Source of the DNA: Camelus ferus
Taxonomy: Eukaryota
Assembly (NCBI RefSeq): GCF_009834535.1
Contig: NC_045707.1
Location: 52,578,001 to 52,642,000, forward strand
Direction of reading: 5' to 3'
DNA length: 64,000 nucleotides
Below are positions 62,161 through 64,000 of this stretch, piece after piece (within the stretch, counting starts at the first letter, position 1; each line of letters begins with the position of its first letter). The translations under genes were made by a program, and so were the position numbers. Under the pieces are notes generated by a model. The model was not told where the DNA came from. It ran no database searches and saw only the letters and a list, made by a program, of their open reading frames with translations.

Positions 62161-62982
62161 TGTAACCGAACAGGACCCTATTGTCATCAGTGACCATACG
62201 GTATCTGTAACTGCTTAACTGTATGATAGTTTAAAGGATTTTTCTTGTGCTTCTGCTGACCAGGACTGGGCTGGGGAGGGGGTGGGGAGGTTCAGTGATC
62301 TGCCTCCTTCTGCTCCCAACACCTCAGAAATGGCGGTTGGGTGTTTTGGGCATCATACTGTAAGTAACTCACCTCAACTGTGCATGTCTGCAGTTATTTT
62401 TAGCTCCTTCTGGTTTCCTTGTATCCTGTTGCTTAAGGTGCAGGTCCCAGCCTGTGCAAACACTGCAACAAGAGGGCCCAGGTCTAAGCCTGCCTAAAAG
62501 GCTAGAAGCATTTATCAACCTGACTTTAAACTGCACAAGTTTTTCTCTAGAGCATTTCTCCACTGCCCCCCTTCCTAAGCACCTTGTTTTAGGCACAAAA
62601 ATATTAGAAGAATCCCAAAGCTGGAGGAAAACATCATGCCCAGCAGAGGGAGGGAAGGGGACCATTGCATCTGCAAAACCAAGAACAACTTTGCAACAAT
62701 TGTTACTCTTTATGTGATCTCTATGGAAACTAGCTCACCCTTTGAACTCTTGAACATTTACTAAAAAACCTCCTGCATTTTCCAGGCGTCAGAACACGAG
62801 ATGGATTCGCGTCTCACTGCCTTCTCCCAGTGCCTTTGGGAATCCCAAAGTTTTGGAGGCGTTACCCTGCTGTAACCTCCTGTACCTGGCAAAGAAATAA
62901 AAATAAGTTTCTACTTCATCCAAAACTCTGTCTTTGAGTCTTAATTTGATAAGCGAGGTACAGAGGCTGAGTTTTGGCAACA
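62161..62982 (+). mobile_element. ERV1-type solo LTR, 822 bp, inserted in old L1
   Basis: Termini tgtaaccgaa / ttttggcaaca form an imperfect inverted repeat, with AATAAA at about 62896 and flanks atat / acat. Confidence 0.82.
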
Positions 62983-63639
62983 ACATGATATAAAAACCTT
63001 AAAACCTTTAAGATATAAAACCTTAAAACACCTTTTGCTTCCTTCTTCTAAGCTTTTATGCTCCAGGGGCAGATAAGAAGTGAATTCTAGTTCTTAGGAA
63101 CCTAGTATGTATTTGTTGGTTTGTTTTTTGTTTGTTTATTGAGGAGGCAGGGATGAACGTCTCTTCTCTCCCTACAAAATCTGCCATGAGAGCACCAGGG
63201 ACAGGTAGGAATTTCCTCTTCTATGTGCCCATCTCCCCCTCTTTAACTTTATATGCCCTCCTCTCTGAGACCCTAGTGCCTTGCTCTCTCTGTATTTATA
63301 AAATTCTCCTGTATGTGGGGATGGCAATGGGACACAGGGTTTAATCACATCAATCATGAGAATTTGAGTTGAAAGGTTTCTTTTCCATTGCTCTTTAAAA
63401 CATAACACCTGTGTCTATTTTGTAATAAAAGGCTGTCTCTTGTTAAAAGAATTTCTGGTATGAAGAAATGGATGACAGAAAGGTTCAGGAGAGAATTTTG
63501 GTCAGATCTTTAGGGACGTTCTCAGCCAGTCACTGAGGGCAGCTCGGCAGGGCTGCCGTGGCCTCCGTCCACACCCCTCCTCTCCCTGCAGAAGGGATGG
63601 GAAGTGATCTGAGGAAACACCGGATTCTAAAATAGAAAA

Positions 63640-64000
63640 CCCCATGTGTTTGCTCCTGCAATTACAGTTCTAGAAATCTGTTACAAGGCAGTAGTTCAAA
63701 ACTGAGGCAAGTATTCATATTGATGGATGCTTATTTAAAAACAAACCATATATTAAAAAACAAAATCAGGGAAACTACTTAAGGACTCCAAAGTAGGCTG
63801 TTAGTCAAATTCATGCTGACAAATCCATTCGGTGAATACTATGGAGTGTCGTGAAACCTTTAACATTGTTGTTGTAGAAAGACACATGAAAGCACAGAAA
63901 AATGACTCTTGAGAAAGAGTTGAATTGAGAAAAACGATCAAAACCTCTACGCTGACACTAATATTTAAAAGTAAGTGCTGAAGTATTGTAAGAAAATACA
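63640..64000 (+). mobile_element. Ancient L1ME-like 3' fragment
   Basis: caattacagttctagaaatct...atccattcggtgaatactatg...gagttgaattgagaaaa resembles the L1 ORF2 end and 3'UTR. Confidence 0.45.

Overview
This is mammalian nuclear DNA, not prokaryotic. The single recognisable tRNA-Ala-derived SINE resembles camelid vic-1 and no Alu, B1, Bov-A, BovB or PRE1 was recognised, so the host is most likely a camelid (inference). I found no convincing host protein-coding gene, RNA gene or CRISPR array, and the window reads as intergenic or intronic. The only recognisable coding remnants are transposon-derived. They are a full-length but frameshifted ~7 kb LINE-1 (10492-17475, minus) inserted into a Tigger2, a deleted Tigger1 transposase, and older L1 fragments. 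There are also many solo LTRs (one young ERV1-type LTR has a perfect TSD), hAT/Tc-mariner fossils, MIR and L2. The most unusual structure is a 2.4 kb segment (30391-32765) bracketed by inverted arrays of one G-quadruplex-type 36-bp minisatellite and enclosing a ~350 bp alternating purine-pyrimidine tract. Other points are an apparent AT-to-GC substitution bias in the Tigger1 fossil and two repeat-free motif clusters that look like developmental enhancers. Repeat family names come from recalled consensus sequences and need Dfam/RepeatMasker confirmation. I cannot support a claim of a new biological system here.
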